32,000 nucleotides of DNA from Candidatus Methylomirabilis oxygeniifera (GTDB lineage: Bacteria > Methylomirabilota > Methylomirabilia > Methylomirabilales > Methylomirabilaceae): positions 2,310,001 through 2,342,000 of the forward strand of contig FP565575.1 of assembly GCA_000091165.1 (NCBI GenBank). The letters run 5' to 3'. Made by a program: the position numbers and the translations under genes. Shown here piece by piece: positions 8,648 through 17,375 of the stretch. Numbering within the stretch: position 1 is the stretch's first letter; each line of letters opens with the position of its first letter. A model generated the notes under the pieces. The model saw only the letters and a program-made list of their open reading frames with translations, was not told the origin of the DNA and did no database searches.

Positions 8648-8782
8648 GATGGTATGGACGGCAGTGCGCGAAGCGTCGTCGATGGCAGGCGAAGCATGGA
8701 CAGCGTAGCTTGCCATCGCCGATTCGAGCCGTACAGGGACGTACGGCGAGATTAAGCAGAGCACGCTGCCGTCCATACCATC
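8648..8782. repeat. 135-nt intergenic inverted-repeat element with two nested internal hairpins
   Basis: Outer perfect 17-nt inverted repeat GATGGTATGGACGGCAG (8648-8664) / CTGCCGTCCATACCATC (8766-8782); inner CGATGGCAGGC/GCTTGCCATCG (8680-8690/8708-8718, one GU pair) and GCCGTAC/GTACGGC (8728-8734/8741-8747). Confidence 0.9.
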
Positions 8783-8812
8783 AACCTCGCATCTCGCGTA
8801 TGATATGAATAG

Positions 8813-9319
8813 TTATCTCCTAGCCAAGACCATAGCGCCGATAATGGCGATAAGGAGGATGACGGAGGTAATCTCAAATGGGATGAGAAAATCGGTGAAT
8901 AAGAGGCGGCCGACGAGCTGAGCATTTCCGATGGCACCTACAACCTCGGATGTATAGGGACCCTGGGGTGCACGAGAATCATTGGAGCCGATGGGGATCG
9001 CCAACTCAAGCAGCAGGAGGGCGGCCGCACCAACACCAAGCAGGAACCTGGACCGATCTCGCTGCAGCCAAGCGGGCAGTTCATGCCCCAGATCGAGCAG
9101 CATCACCACAAACAGGAACAGGACCATGATCGCCCCGGCGTAGACGATCACCTGCACAACAGCGATGAATTGCGCCTGCAACAGCAGATAGATTCCTGAC
9201 AGCGCGAGGAACGTCCCAACCAGCGAGAGGGCGCAGTAGACCGGGTTTCGCAGGACGATGACCAGTGCTGCAGTGACAAGCGCCATTGCGGCCAGCGGCA
9301 CAAACACCAGCCATTCCAT
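8813..9319 (-). CDS. nuoJ: NADH-quinone oxidoreductase subunit J (cluster 1)
   Basis: From internal ATG 9319: MEWLVFVPLAAMALVTAALVIVLRNPVYCALSLVGTFLALSGIYLLLQAQFIAVVQVIVYAGAIMVLFLFVVMLLDLG. Confidence 0.93.
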   Translation of the reverse strand: MEWLVFVPLAAMALVTAALVIVLRNPVYCALSLVGTFLALSGIYLLLQAQFIAVVQVIVYAGAIMVLFLFVVMLLDLGHELPAWLQRDRSRFLLGVGAAALLLLELAIPIGSNDSRAPQGPYTSEVVGAIGNAQLVGRLLFTDFLIPFEITSVILLIAIIGAMVLARR

Positions 9320-9321
9320 CC

Positions 9322-10308
9322 CTACCTCAACGCCACAAACACGGCCGTTATCATAATGTTGGCCAGCGCGACGGGCAGCAGTACCTTCCACCCGAATCGC
9401 ATCAGTTGGTCGTATCTGAAGCGAGGCAGCGTGCCCCGAAGCCAGATAAAGAGAAAAATCAGCAGATAGAGCTTGATGAGAAACCAGACGACCGGCGGCA
9501 ACCACGGCCCCCTCCACCCGCCCAGAAACAGCGTTGTCGTCATGGCCGACACGGTGATCATGTTGGCGTACTCGGCCATGAAATACATCGCGAACTTCAT
9601 CGAGCTGTACTCGACGTGGAAGCCGGCCACCAGTTCCGTCTCGGCCTCCGGCAGATCAAAGGGGGCGCGGTTGGTCTCGGCGACGGCACAGATCAGAAAG
9701 ATGAGGAACCCGATCGGCTGAAGGATGACAAACCACGTCCTGGCTTGAGCGCCTACAATCTCCACCAGGCTGAGTGACTGGGACAGCATCACCACGCCCA
9801 CCACCGACAGACCCAGGGAGAGCTCGTAACTGATCATCTGGGCTGAGGAGCGCAGCCCCCCGAGCAGCGCGTACTTGTTGTTTGAGGCCCACCCTCCCAG
9901 GACGATCCCATAGATCCCGAGCGAGGCCACACCGAATACATACAGCAGCCCGATATTGACGTCGGTGATCACTAAGTCGATGGTCTGCCCGAAGAGTCGG
10001 ACCTGGTCTCCGAAGGGAATCACTGCGAAGGAGATGAAGGCAGGGATCAGTGTAACCACGGGGGCCAGAACGTAGAGCGTTCGGTCTGCCGCATGGGGAA
10101 TGATCTCCTCCTTGAACAGGAGCTTGATCCCGTCGGCGATCGGCTGCAAGAGCCCATGTGGGCCGACCCGCATCGGTCCGAGCCGGACCTGGATGTCGCC
10201 GATAACCTTCCGCTCCACCCAGGTCAGATAGGTGACACTCAGCAACATTAACCCAAAGACTACGACGATCTTCGTCACCATGATGACAAAGAAGGCGCCC
10301 TCTGGCAT
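9322..10308 (-). CDS. nuoH: NADH-quinone oxidoreductase subunit H (cluster 1)
   Basis: WVERKVIGDIQVRLGPMRVGPHGLLQPIADGIKLLFKEE; ETNRAPFDLPEAETELVAGFHVEYSSMKFA. Confidence 0.97.
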   Translation of the reverse strand: MPEGAFFVIMVTKIVVVFGLMLLSVTYLTWVERKVIGDIQVRLGPMRVGPHGLLQPIADGIKLLFKEEIIPHAADRTLYVLAPVVTLIPAFISFAVIPFGDQVRLFGQTIDLVITDVNIGLLYVFGVASLGIYGIVLGGWASNNKYALLGGLRSSAQMISYELSLGLSVVGVVMLSQSLSLVEIVGAQARTWFVILQPIGFLIFLICAVAETNRAPFDLPEAETELVAGFHVEYSSMKFAMYFMAEYANMITVSAMTTTLFLGGWRGPWLPPVVWFLIKLYLLIFLFIWLRGTLPRFRYDQLMRFGWKVLLPVALANIMITAVFVALR

Positions 10309-10384
10309 TGTGCTCCCCTGTCTGTCGCCCGCTCCCCACTTTATGTCTGCGGGGACAGGCTACGATGAGTGAGTGGGGCCTGGC

Positions 10385-11668
10385 TCAGACTCCCGCCCGG
10401 GCTCCGAACGGGCAGGCGTGCTCCACAATGTGCTGTTCGAATTCATCGCGAAAGTACTTCAAATAGCTTTCAATCGGCATGGCGGCGGCATCACTTAAGG
10501 GACAGATGGTCTTGCCCTTCATGTTGTCACAGATGTCCAAGAGCAGATCAAGATCCGCCTGCCGCCCGCGACCCTCTTCAATCCGTCTCAGCGTTTTGTG
10601 CAGCCATGCCGTCCCTTCCCGGCACTGCGTACACTGCCCACACGATTCGTGATGATAGAATCGAGAAACAATCTCACCTACCCGTACCATACAGGTAGTG
10701 TCATCCATCACGATGACGCCGCCGGAGCCGGCCATAGAACCTGCCGTCGCCAACGACTCAAAGTCCATTCTGGCGTCAAGGTGTCGCTCGGTCAGCACCG
10801 GCACCGAGGAGCCACCGGGAATCACCGCCTTCAGGCGTCGACCCTCGCGTATCCCGCCCGCATGTTCGAAGATCAGCTCCCGCATCGGAACATCGATCCG
10901 GCACTCGTAGATGCCTGGTCGGCGAACGTGACCGCTCACCCCGAAAATCCTGGTACCTGTACTCTTCGGGGTTCCGATGCCCGCGAACCACTCTGCCCCA
11001 CGCATCACGATATGCGGGATGTTGCAGAGCGTTTCCACATTGTTCACAACGGTGGGCTTGCGATAGAGCCCGGACGTGGCGGGAAACGGGGGTTTCAACC
11101 GCGGCAACCCCCTTTTGCCCTCCAACGATTCCAGCAGGGCGGTCTCCTCTCCGCAGATGTACGCGCCGGCGCCCCGGTGTACGTGGAGGTCCAGACTGAA
11201 GCGGCTCCCCAGAATATCCTTTCCAACCAGACCACGGGCGGCCGCATCGCTGACCGCCTGCTCCAGGATACGGGCGCCCGCAACAAGCTCGCCCCTAATG
11301 TAGATATAGGCGGCCCGACACCCGATGGCGAAACCGCCCAGCAGAATCCCTTCGAGGAGCTGGTGCGGGTCCCGCATAATCAGTTCTCGATCCTTGAACG
11401 TCCCCGGCTCGCTCTCATCGGCATTACAGACGAGATACTTGGGTAGATCAGAACCCTTAGGCACAAAGCCCCACTTGACACCGGTAGGAAAGCCTGCGCC
11501 TCCGCGCCCCCTGAGCCCGGATCGCTTGACCAACTCGATCAGGCTGGTGGGCGTATGCTCTTTGAGCACCTTCGCAATGGCCTGATAGCCCCCGGTGGCC
11601 TCGTACTCGTCGAGGGTTCCTCGATAACCCGGAATCTCAAACCGCTTCGTGAGGATCTTTTCGCTCAT
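10385..11668 (-). CDS. nuoF: NADH-quinone oxidoreductase subunit F (cluster 1)
   Basis: GLRGRGGAGFPTGVKWGFV, YLVCNADESEPGTFKDRELI, GAGAYICGEETALLESLEG, ESCGQCTQCREGTAW...CDNMKGKTICPLSDAA. Confidence 0.97.
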   Translation of the reverse strand: MSEKILTKRFEIPGYRGTLDEYEATGGYQAIAKVLKEHTPTSLIELVKRSGLRGRGGAGFPTGVKWGFVPKGSDLPKYLVCNADESEPGTFKDRELIMRDPHQLLEGILLGGFAIGCRAAYIYIRGELVAGARILEQAVSDAAARGLVGKDILGSRFSLDLHVHRGAGAYICGEETALLESLEGKRGLPRLKPPFPATSGLYRKPTVVNNVETLCNIPHIVMRGAEWFAGIGTPKSTGTRIFGVSGHVRRPGIYECRIDVPMRELIFEHAGGIREGRRLKAVIPGGSSVPVLTERHLDARMDFESLATAGSMAGSGGVIVMDDTTCMVRVGEIVSRFYHHESCGQCTQCREGTAWLHKTLRRIEEGRGRQADLDLLLDICDNMKGKTICPLSDAAAMPIESYLKYFRDEFEQHIVEHACPFGARAGV

Positions 11669-11705
11669 GGGAGTTCAGCTATCAGCTTCTACCGAGTCTG
11701 TTGGG

Positions 11706-12221
11706 TCATTGAGTCTGTTGGGTCGACTCAATAGACTGAGCTGACTGCTGATTGCCGGCAGCCACCTGCTTTCGCAGCCGTGCAACCAGCGTCTCAACTT
11801 CACCGTGCGAAACCGGACCGTAGTAATCCGATCCCACTTGGATCGCCGGAGCACGTCCACAAGCCGCAAGGCACTCAACCCGCTTGATGGTAAACAGACC
11901 ATCCGGTGTCGTCTCTCCCGCGCTGACCCCCAGCACCTCTTCAAGGCGCCGAATCACCTGTTCGGCGCCTAAGAGCGCACAGCTCAGATTGTGGCAGACC
12001 CAGATCTCTCGCTGCCCACCAGGCTTCAGGCGAAACATGTCGTAGAACATGGCCACCTCCGCCACCTGGATCGGCGGCAGGTCAAGACGAGCGGCCAGCT
12101 CACGCATGGCATCCGCTGTCAGATACCCCCCCTCCTCCTGGCATAAGTGCATCAGCGGCAACAGGGCGGAACGGCGCTCAGGGTATCGCGATAGGATGCG
12201 CTGAATCGTTTCTTCGGTCAT
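11706..12221 (-). CDS. nuoE: NADH-quinone oxidoreductase subunit E (cluster 1)
   Basis: Thioredoxin-like [2Fe-2S] protein: VAEVAMFYDMFRLKPGGQREIWVCHNLSCALLG...RVECLAACGRAPAIQV. Confidence 0.95.
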   Translation of the reverse strand: MTEETIQRILSRYPERRSALLPLMHLCQEEGGYLTADAMRELAARLDLPPIQVAEVAMFYDMFRLKPGGQREIWVCHNLSCALLGAEQVIRRLEEVLGVSAGETTPDGLFTIKRVECLAACGRAPAIQVGSDYYGPVSHGEVETLVARLRKQVAAGNQQSAQSIESTQQTQ

Positions 12222-12321
12222 ATCACCTCAAAAGACGGGGTGTAGGTTTTAGGGGGTAGGGTACAATACGGGAACATTTGTCCGGTTCCCACACCCCACA
12301 CCCTCCACCCTGTCTTTTGTC

Positions 12322-13476
12322 TCACCGATCGACCTCTCCAAGCACAATGTCGATGCTGCCGATGATCGCCACCAGATCGGCTACCAGTCGCCCCTCCGCC
12401 ATCCGCGGCAACGATTGCAGGTTGACGAAGGAGGGTGTGCGAAAATGGACACGGTACGGCTTGTTGCTGCCGTCGCTCACCAGATAGACGCCGTACTCGC
12501 CACGCGGGGACTCGACGCTCTGATAGACCTCACCTGCCGGTACGGTAAATCCCGACGACCAGAGCAGGAAGTGGTGAATAAGCGCCTCCATGCTCTGTTT
12601 CACCATCGGCTTGGGAGGCGGGATCAGCTTCGGGTCGGCGATCACGACCGGCCCATCCGGAAGGCATTCCAGGGCCTGGTGAACGATGGCGACGCTCTGT
12701 TGCATCTCGAAAATACGACAGAGGTATCGATCATAGACATCGCCGTGAGTTCCTCTGGACATCTCGAAGTGAAATCGCTCATAGCCCGAATAGGGATTCG
12801 ACTTGCGAATGTCCCACGCAATCCCGCAGGCCCGCAGACTGGGACCGCTTAAGCCTAGGTCCACGGCGTCTTCCGGCTTGATCACACCGACCCCTCTGGT
12901 CCGCTCGAGCCAGATCGGATTCTGAGTCAGCAGGTCTTCGTACTCAGCCAGCCGATCGGGAAAGCTGGTGACAAATGCCTGGACCGTCTTCTCGAACCCC
13001 TCGGGGAGATCGGCGAACAGGCCGCCGACCCGAAAGTAGCTGGACATCATCCGGGCCCCGGATACCTGTTCATACATGTCTAAGATCGCCTCACGTTCCC
13101 GAAAGGCGTACAGGAAGACGCTCATCGCCCCGATGTCGATGGCATGTGTCGCAAGCCAGACCAAGTGGCTGGCAATCCTGGTCAGTTCCGTCAGCATCAC
13201 GCGGATGACCTGGGCTCGCGGCGAAGCCTCAACGCCAAGCAACTTCTCGACGGCCAACACATACGCCAGGTTATTGCTGAGTGGGGCCAGGTAATCCATC
13301 CGGTCCGTAATCGGGATCACCTGCTGGTATCGCTTACTTTCCGCAATCTTCTCCATCCCGGTGTGGAGGTAGCCGATATGCGGCGTACACCGAACGATGA
13401 TCTCTCCGTCCAGTTCCAGAACCAGACGCAGCACGCCGTGAGTGCTGGGGTGCTGGGGCCCCATGTTGATGGTCAT
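12322..13476 (-). CDS. nuoD: NADH-quinone oxidoreductase subunit D (cluster 1)
   Basis: From ATG 13476: MTINMGPQHPSTHGVLRLVLELDGEIIVRCTPHIGYLHTGMEKIAE...DIVLGEVDR. Confidence 0.96.
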   Translation of the reverse strand: MTINMGPQHPSTHGVLRLVLELDGEIIVRCTPHIGYLHTGMEKIAESKRYQQVIPITDRMDYLAPLSNNLAYVLAVEKLLGVEASPRAQVIRVMLTELTRIASHLVWLATHAIDIGAMSVFLYAFREREAILDMYEQVSGARMMSSYFRVGGLFADLPEGFEKTVQAFVTSFPDRLAEYEDLLTQNPIWLERTRGVGVIKPEDAVDLGLSGPSLRACGIAWDIRKSNPYSGYERFHFEMSRGTHGDVYDRYLCRIFEMQQSVAIVHQALECLPDGPVVIADPKLIPPPKPMVKQSMEALIHHFLLWSSGFTVPAGEVYQSVESPRGEYGVYLVSDGSNKPYRVHFRTPSFVNLQSLPRMAEGRLVADLVAIIGSIDIVLGEVDR

Positions 13477-13486
13477 GGTGCGCCGC

Positions 13487-13993
13487 TCAGTCACCTGCCG
13501 CCCCCTCTTCCCACCATTTCGGCGAGGCCTGCCCCGGGTAGTCCTTCCGGAGCGGACAGCCCTCCCACCCCTCCGGCATAAGGATCCTCCGGAGATCGGG
13601 GTGCCCCTCAAAGCGAATGCCGAACATATCGAACACTTCACGTTCATGCCAATCGGCGACACCCCAGACGGTCGTGACGCTGGGCACCGCCTCACCTTCC
13701 TCGACGTGCACCTTGAGCCGGATCCGCTGTTTGTACTGAAGGGAATAGAGATGGTAGACCACCTCGAAACGCGGGTGGTCTCCGAATCGATCGACAGCGG
13801 TGAGATCAGAAAGGAAATCGTAGAGAAGGCCGGGATCCTCCTTCAGGTAGCGACAGAAGCGAATGAGGTCGCCAAGCCTGACAAGGAGGGTCGTTTCGTT
13901 ACGAAAGCTCCTGGTCGAGAAGGTCGCTTCAGGAAACCGTTCTCGCAGCCTCGAAACGGTGTGATTCTCCTCCGCCCCCTTTACGTGACCCAT
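13487..13993 (-). CDS. nuoC: NADH-quinone oxidoreductase subunit C (cluster 1)
   Basis: [47 protein letters not shown]; start at 13993 overlaps the nuoA end. Confidence 0.95.
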   Translation of the reverse strand: MGHVKGAEENHTVSRLRERFPEATFSTRSFRNETTLLVRLGDLIRFCRYLKEDPGLLYDFLSDLTAVDRFGDHPRFEVVYHLYSLQYKQRIRLKVHVEEGEAVPSVTTVWGVADWHEREVFDMFGIRFEGHPDLRRILMPEGWEGCPLRKDYPGQASPKWWEEGAAGD

Positions 13994-14340
13994 TCCAGGC
14001 CCCCCTTCTTCCAGACATACAGGAGTCCGATCAGGAGGATGCCGAGGAAGAGAATCATTTCTATTAACCCGAACAGTTTGAGACTGTTCAGGATCACCGC
14101 CCATGGGTACAGGAATACGATCTCGATGTCGAAGATGATAAACAACATCGCGACCAGGTAAAACTTGACCGAAAACCGCTCTCGAGCGGAACCGACCGGA
14201 TCAATCCCGCACTCGTACGGGGTAAGCTTGGATCGAGTAGGCCGCCGCGGCCCGAGTACATGTGATAGAAGGAGGGTCACGAGGGCAAAACCGGCCGCCA
14301 ACAGGATCAGGATAAAGATCGGCAGATACGAAATCAGCAC
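13981..14340 (-). CDS. nuoA: NADH-quinone oxidoreductase subunit A (cluster 1), GTG start
   Basis: [46 protein letters not shown]. Confidence 0.95.
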   Translation of the reverse strand: MLISYLPIFILILLAAGFALVTLLLSHVLGPRRPTRSKLTPYECGIDPVGSARERFSVKFYLVAMLFIIFDIEIVFLYPWAVILNSLKLFGLIEMILFLGILLIGLLYVWKKGGLEWVT

Positions 14341-14389
14341 CGCGTCCTTCTCCTTGGCGATCGGCTATCGCCCTCACGCCTACCCTCCG

Positions 14390-14770
14390 CTATGCACCAG
14401 GTACCACGTACTTAATGAAGGGGTTCGCAAAGAAGATGATCAGAGCGACGAGCAAGACATAGATAGCCAGCGACTCGATGAGCGCGAGGCCGATGATCAT
14501 CGCCACCTGGATCTTCGGCGCTGCGGCCGGCTGCCGTCCCATCGCTTCCAGCGCGCTGACGATGGCTCGGCTCTGGCCGATAGCTGCCGCACCAGAGGCG
14601 ATCGCCATGGCAAATCCACCCGTAAGGACTGAGACGACAAAGAACATCGAACTACCCGATGTACCGGACGACTCAGCCGCAGCCCCTTCAGCGGCAAATG
14701 CCATCTGGGACCCAAATGTCAACATCACCGTGACCAACAGCAGCGCGAGCGCTCCTTGCGTACGACTCAT
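14390..14770 (-). CDS. atpE: F0 ATP synthase subunit c with N-terminal signal-like extension
   Basis: MSRTQGALALLLVTVMLTFGSQMAFAAEG... then IASGAAAIGQSRAIVSALEAMGRQPAAAPKIQVAMIIGLALIESLAIYVLLVALIIFFANPF. Confidence 0.93.
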   Translation of the reverse strand: MSRTQGALALLLVTVMLTFGSQMAFAAEGAAAESSGTSGSSMFFVVSVLTGGFAMAIASGAAAIGQSRAIVSALEAMGRQPAAAPKIQVAMIIGLALIESLAIYVLLVALIIFFANPFIKYVVPGA

Positions 14771-14808
14771 CGGTACAACTCCTTTCAAAATGAAGAATGA
14801 AGATAGGG

Positions 14809-15531
14809 TTAGTGGTGCTCCTCGTGTTCGACGTGAACGGCTCCGGCAATATAGACCATGGAAAGCATGACAAAGATGAAGGCCTGGACAAAACTGGTGA
14901 AGAGGCTCAGGGGCATCATGATACCCAGATAGATGATATACGGAATACCTAACCAGATCAGCGACAGCAGGATGGCGATAACGCTTTCTTCCCCAAAAAT
15001 GTTGCCGAACAACCGGATCGATAGAGAGATCGGCCGGGCGAGATGGCCGATCAGCTCAATGGGAAACATGATGGGCGCCAACCACAGGATCGGTCCGCAG
15101 AAATGACGGAGATAGGCCGCGATCCCCTGTTCCCGTATACCGAAATAGTTATAGGAGAGGAATATGGTGATGGCGAGAGCGGCCGTCGTGTTGAGATTGG
15201 CCGTCGGGGGCTTGAGACCGGGAAACGCGCCCAAAAGATTCCCGACGAGGATGAAGAGACCAGCCGTCCCGATCAAAGGGAGGTACCGTTTCCCGTTGTG
15301 TCCGATCATCTGCGTGAGCAGGTCCGTAAACGTCTCGACCACAACCTCCATGAAGTTCTGGACCGGCCCCGGCACCGCCTGGAGCTGCCGCGTCGCCAGA
15401 TACGACACAATAATCAGAATCGCCATGACCAGCCATGCCATCGCGATATGCTCCGGTATCCAGGCCCCAGGAATCCCGATCGCCCCAAGAAAATTTGGAA
15501 TCTGAAAGACTGTAGGGTGATGCTCCATCAC
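14809..15531 (-). CDS. atpB: F0 ATP synthase subunit a
   Basis: PIELIGHLARPISLSIRLFGNIFGEE motif with the conserved Arg; several predicted transmembrane helices. Confidence 0.95.
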   Translation of the reverse strand: MMEHHPTVFQIPNFLGAIGIPGAWIPEHIAMAWLVMAILIIVSYLATRQLQAVPGPVQNFMEVVVETFTDLLTQMIGHNGKRYLPLIGTAGLFILVGNLLGAFPGLKPPTANLNTTAALAITIFLSYNYFGIREQGIAAYLRHFCGPILWLAPIMFPIELIGHLARPISLSIRLFGNIFGEESVIAILLSLIWLGIPYIIYLGIMMPLSLFTSFVQAFIFVMLSMVYIAGAVHVEHEEHH

Positions 15532-15577
15532 GCCTCCCGATTGTTGTACGGGAAATCACATACAGACCGCAAGAAAA

Positions 15578-15793
15578 TCAACTCCCCCAATGCTTGAGAT
15601 CCTTCATGAGATTGGTAAAGCCGGCCGCAACCCCGAAGATGAAAAACAGAATCATGAGCCACGGCGACGTCCCCAGCCAGCGATCCAAGGCAATCCCGAT
15701 AGCGGCCCCGATCGCAATCGAAGCGGCGAACGTGATCCCCAGTGAACTCAGTCCTGCGAGCTGCCGCCACAGTCGAGTCTGATCGTCCTTCAT
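15578..15793 (-). CDS. AtpZ/AtpI-like small membrane protein of the F0 operon
   Basis: MKDDQTRLWRQLAGLSSLGITFAASIAIGAAIGIALDRWLGTSPWLMILFFIFGVAAGFTNLMKDLKHW; location just upstream of atpB. Confidence 0.8.
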   Translation of the reverse strand: MKDDQTRLWRQLAGLSSLGITFAASIAIGAAIGIALDRWLGTSPWLMILFFIFGVAAGFTNLMKDLKHWGS

Positions 15794-15923
15794 GTTCCCG
15801 CCTATAAAACCCCCGCTCACCCGCCTTTATCAAAGGGGGGAAGGGGGCCTTCCCTCCTGCTGTGTTCGACCCTACTCTAGCCATCCCCCTCCACACTGTC
15901 AAGGTTCACCGACCTCCTGAATT

Positions 15924-17375
15924 CTACCAGAGCCCGGCGACCGAGGCCCTGGCTAACTCCAGAAACGGGCCGGGGTAGATGCCGATAGCGATGGTGGCGA
16001 CCAGGGTTACGAACAGCGCCAGCCGCAACGGTGCAGAAGAGCTCAGGGTCAGGCCCTGTGGCGGCAGGTCCCGCATATACATCGCCACCACCACCTTCAT
16101 GTAGTAGAAGAGCGAAATGGCTGAATTGATGACGGCAATGATCGCAAGCCAGACATACCCTCGTTCGATAGCGGCGCCGAACAGATAGAACTTCCCAACG
16201 AAGCCGGCGGTCGGCGGAACTCCCGCCAATGAAAGGAGGAAGATTAACATGACGGCGGCCGCCATCGGACTGCGCTGCGCCAGGCCGGTGAAGTCGTCAA
16301 TGCGCTCCCCTTTCACCTCTCCTACGCAGAGCAGGATGACCATGGCAAAGGCGCCCAGTGTCATCATGGCGTAGATCAGGGTATACAGCAACACGGCTGA
16401 GATCCCCAGCTCCCGTCCCGCCACCAACCCGATCAGCAGGTACCCGATGTGCGCGATCGAGCTGTAGGCGAGCATTCGCTTGACATTGCTCTGCGCGATT
16501 GCCACAACATTGCCGATGGTCATCGTGAGCAACGACAAGACATAAAAGAGAAGCGTCCAGCGATCCTGCAGGCCCGGAATGGCCACCAGAAAGACCCGCA
16601 TGAGAATGGCGAGACCAGCAACCTCTGAAGCGGCCGATAGAAGAGCCGCCACAGGGGTCGGAGCGCCCTCATACACATCAGGGATATACATGTGGAACGG
16701 GACCGCCGCGATCTTGAATCCGAATCCGGCGACCAGCATCACCATGCCCAGGATAAGCGCAGGATTCGAGGCGGTGTCCGCTGAGATCATTGAGGCGATC
16801 TCTCTCAGGCCGATAGTACCGGTCAGGCCATACAACATGACGATGCCGTACAGCATAATCGCAGAAGAAAATCCACCCATCAGCAGATACTTCAGGGCGG
16901 CTTCGCTGCTGCGTCGTTCCCGCTTCATAAAACCGGCCAGAATATATATAGAAATCGACATCATCTCCAGGCCGATATACAGGATCAGGAGATCGACGGC
17001 GCTAACCATCAGCATCATGCCGAGCGTGGCGAAGAGGATGAGAGGGTAGAACTCGCCCTTGTCGATCCGTTCGCTCTTCAGGTAGCCGATCGACATCAGC
17101 AGGATCAGCGCGGCAGAGACCAGAAATACGATCTTAAAGAAGAATGCGAACGGATCGCTGATATATTGCCCGCTGAAGGCGGACTGCGTCACCCCCCATT
17201 GGCGGATCAGGACGATGAAGGTGCCAAGGACGCCAACGATGCTCAGATATCCCAGCCAGTCTCGTCCGCCTTTAGGGGCGATAAAATCGAGCGCAAGGAT
17301 CCCCATAGCCACGAGGCTCAGGATCACCTCCGGCGAGGTTGTGGAGAGATCGGCCATGTTGAATACTTGAGTCAT
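15924..17375 (-). CDS. nuoN: NADH-quinone oxidoreductase subunit N (cluster 2)
   Basis: RRSSEAALKYLLMGGFSSAIMLYGIVMLYGLTG, NVKRMLAYSSIAHIGYLLIG, LAGVPPTAGFVGKFYLF. Confidence 0.95.
   Translation of the reverse strand: MTQVFNMADLSTTSPEVILSLVAMGILALDFIAPKGGRDWLGYLSIVGVLGTFIVLIRQWGVTQSAFSGQYISDPFAFFFKIVFLVSAALILLMSIGYLKSERIDKGEFYPLILFATLGMMLMVSAVDLLILYIGLEMMSISIYILAGFMKRERRSSEAALKYLLMGGFSSAIMLYGIVMLYGLTGTIGLREIASMISADTASNPALILGMVMLVAGFGFKIAAVPFHMYIPDVYEGAPTPVAALLSAASEVAGLAILMRVFLVAIPGLQDRWTLLFYVLSLLTMTIGNVVAIAQSNVKRMLAYSSIAHIGYLLIGLVAGRELGISAVLLYTLIYAMMTLGAFAMVILLCVGEVKGERIDDFTGLAQRSPMAAAVMLIFLLSLAGVPPTAGFVGKFYLFGAAIERGYVWLAIIAVINSAISLFYYMKVVVAMYMRDLPPQGLTLSSSAPLRLALFVTLVATIAIGIYPGPFLELARASVAGLW

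Noticed and set aside
9656-10339. 227-aa minus-strand ORF over nuoH
   Set aside because: Alternative frame of nuoH DNA; NuoH itself is intact in the other frame.
10334-10378. CCCCACT...AGTGGGG inverted repeat between nuoF and nuoH
   Set aside because: Only 7 bp with a large interrupted loop and no T-tract; could be chance in GC-rich spacer.
15528-15902. 124-aa minus-strand ORF overlapping the AtpZ-like gene
   Set aside because: Out-of-frame reading of the same DNA as the AtpZ/I-like ORF, which has a plausible membrane protein sequence and better position.
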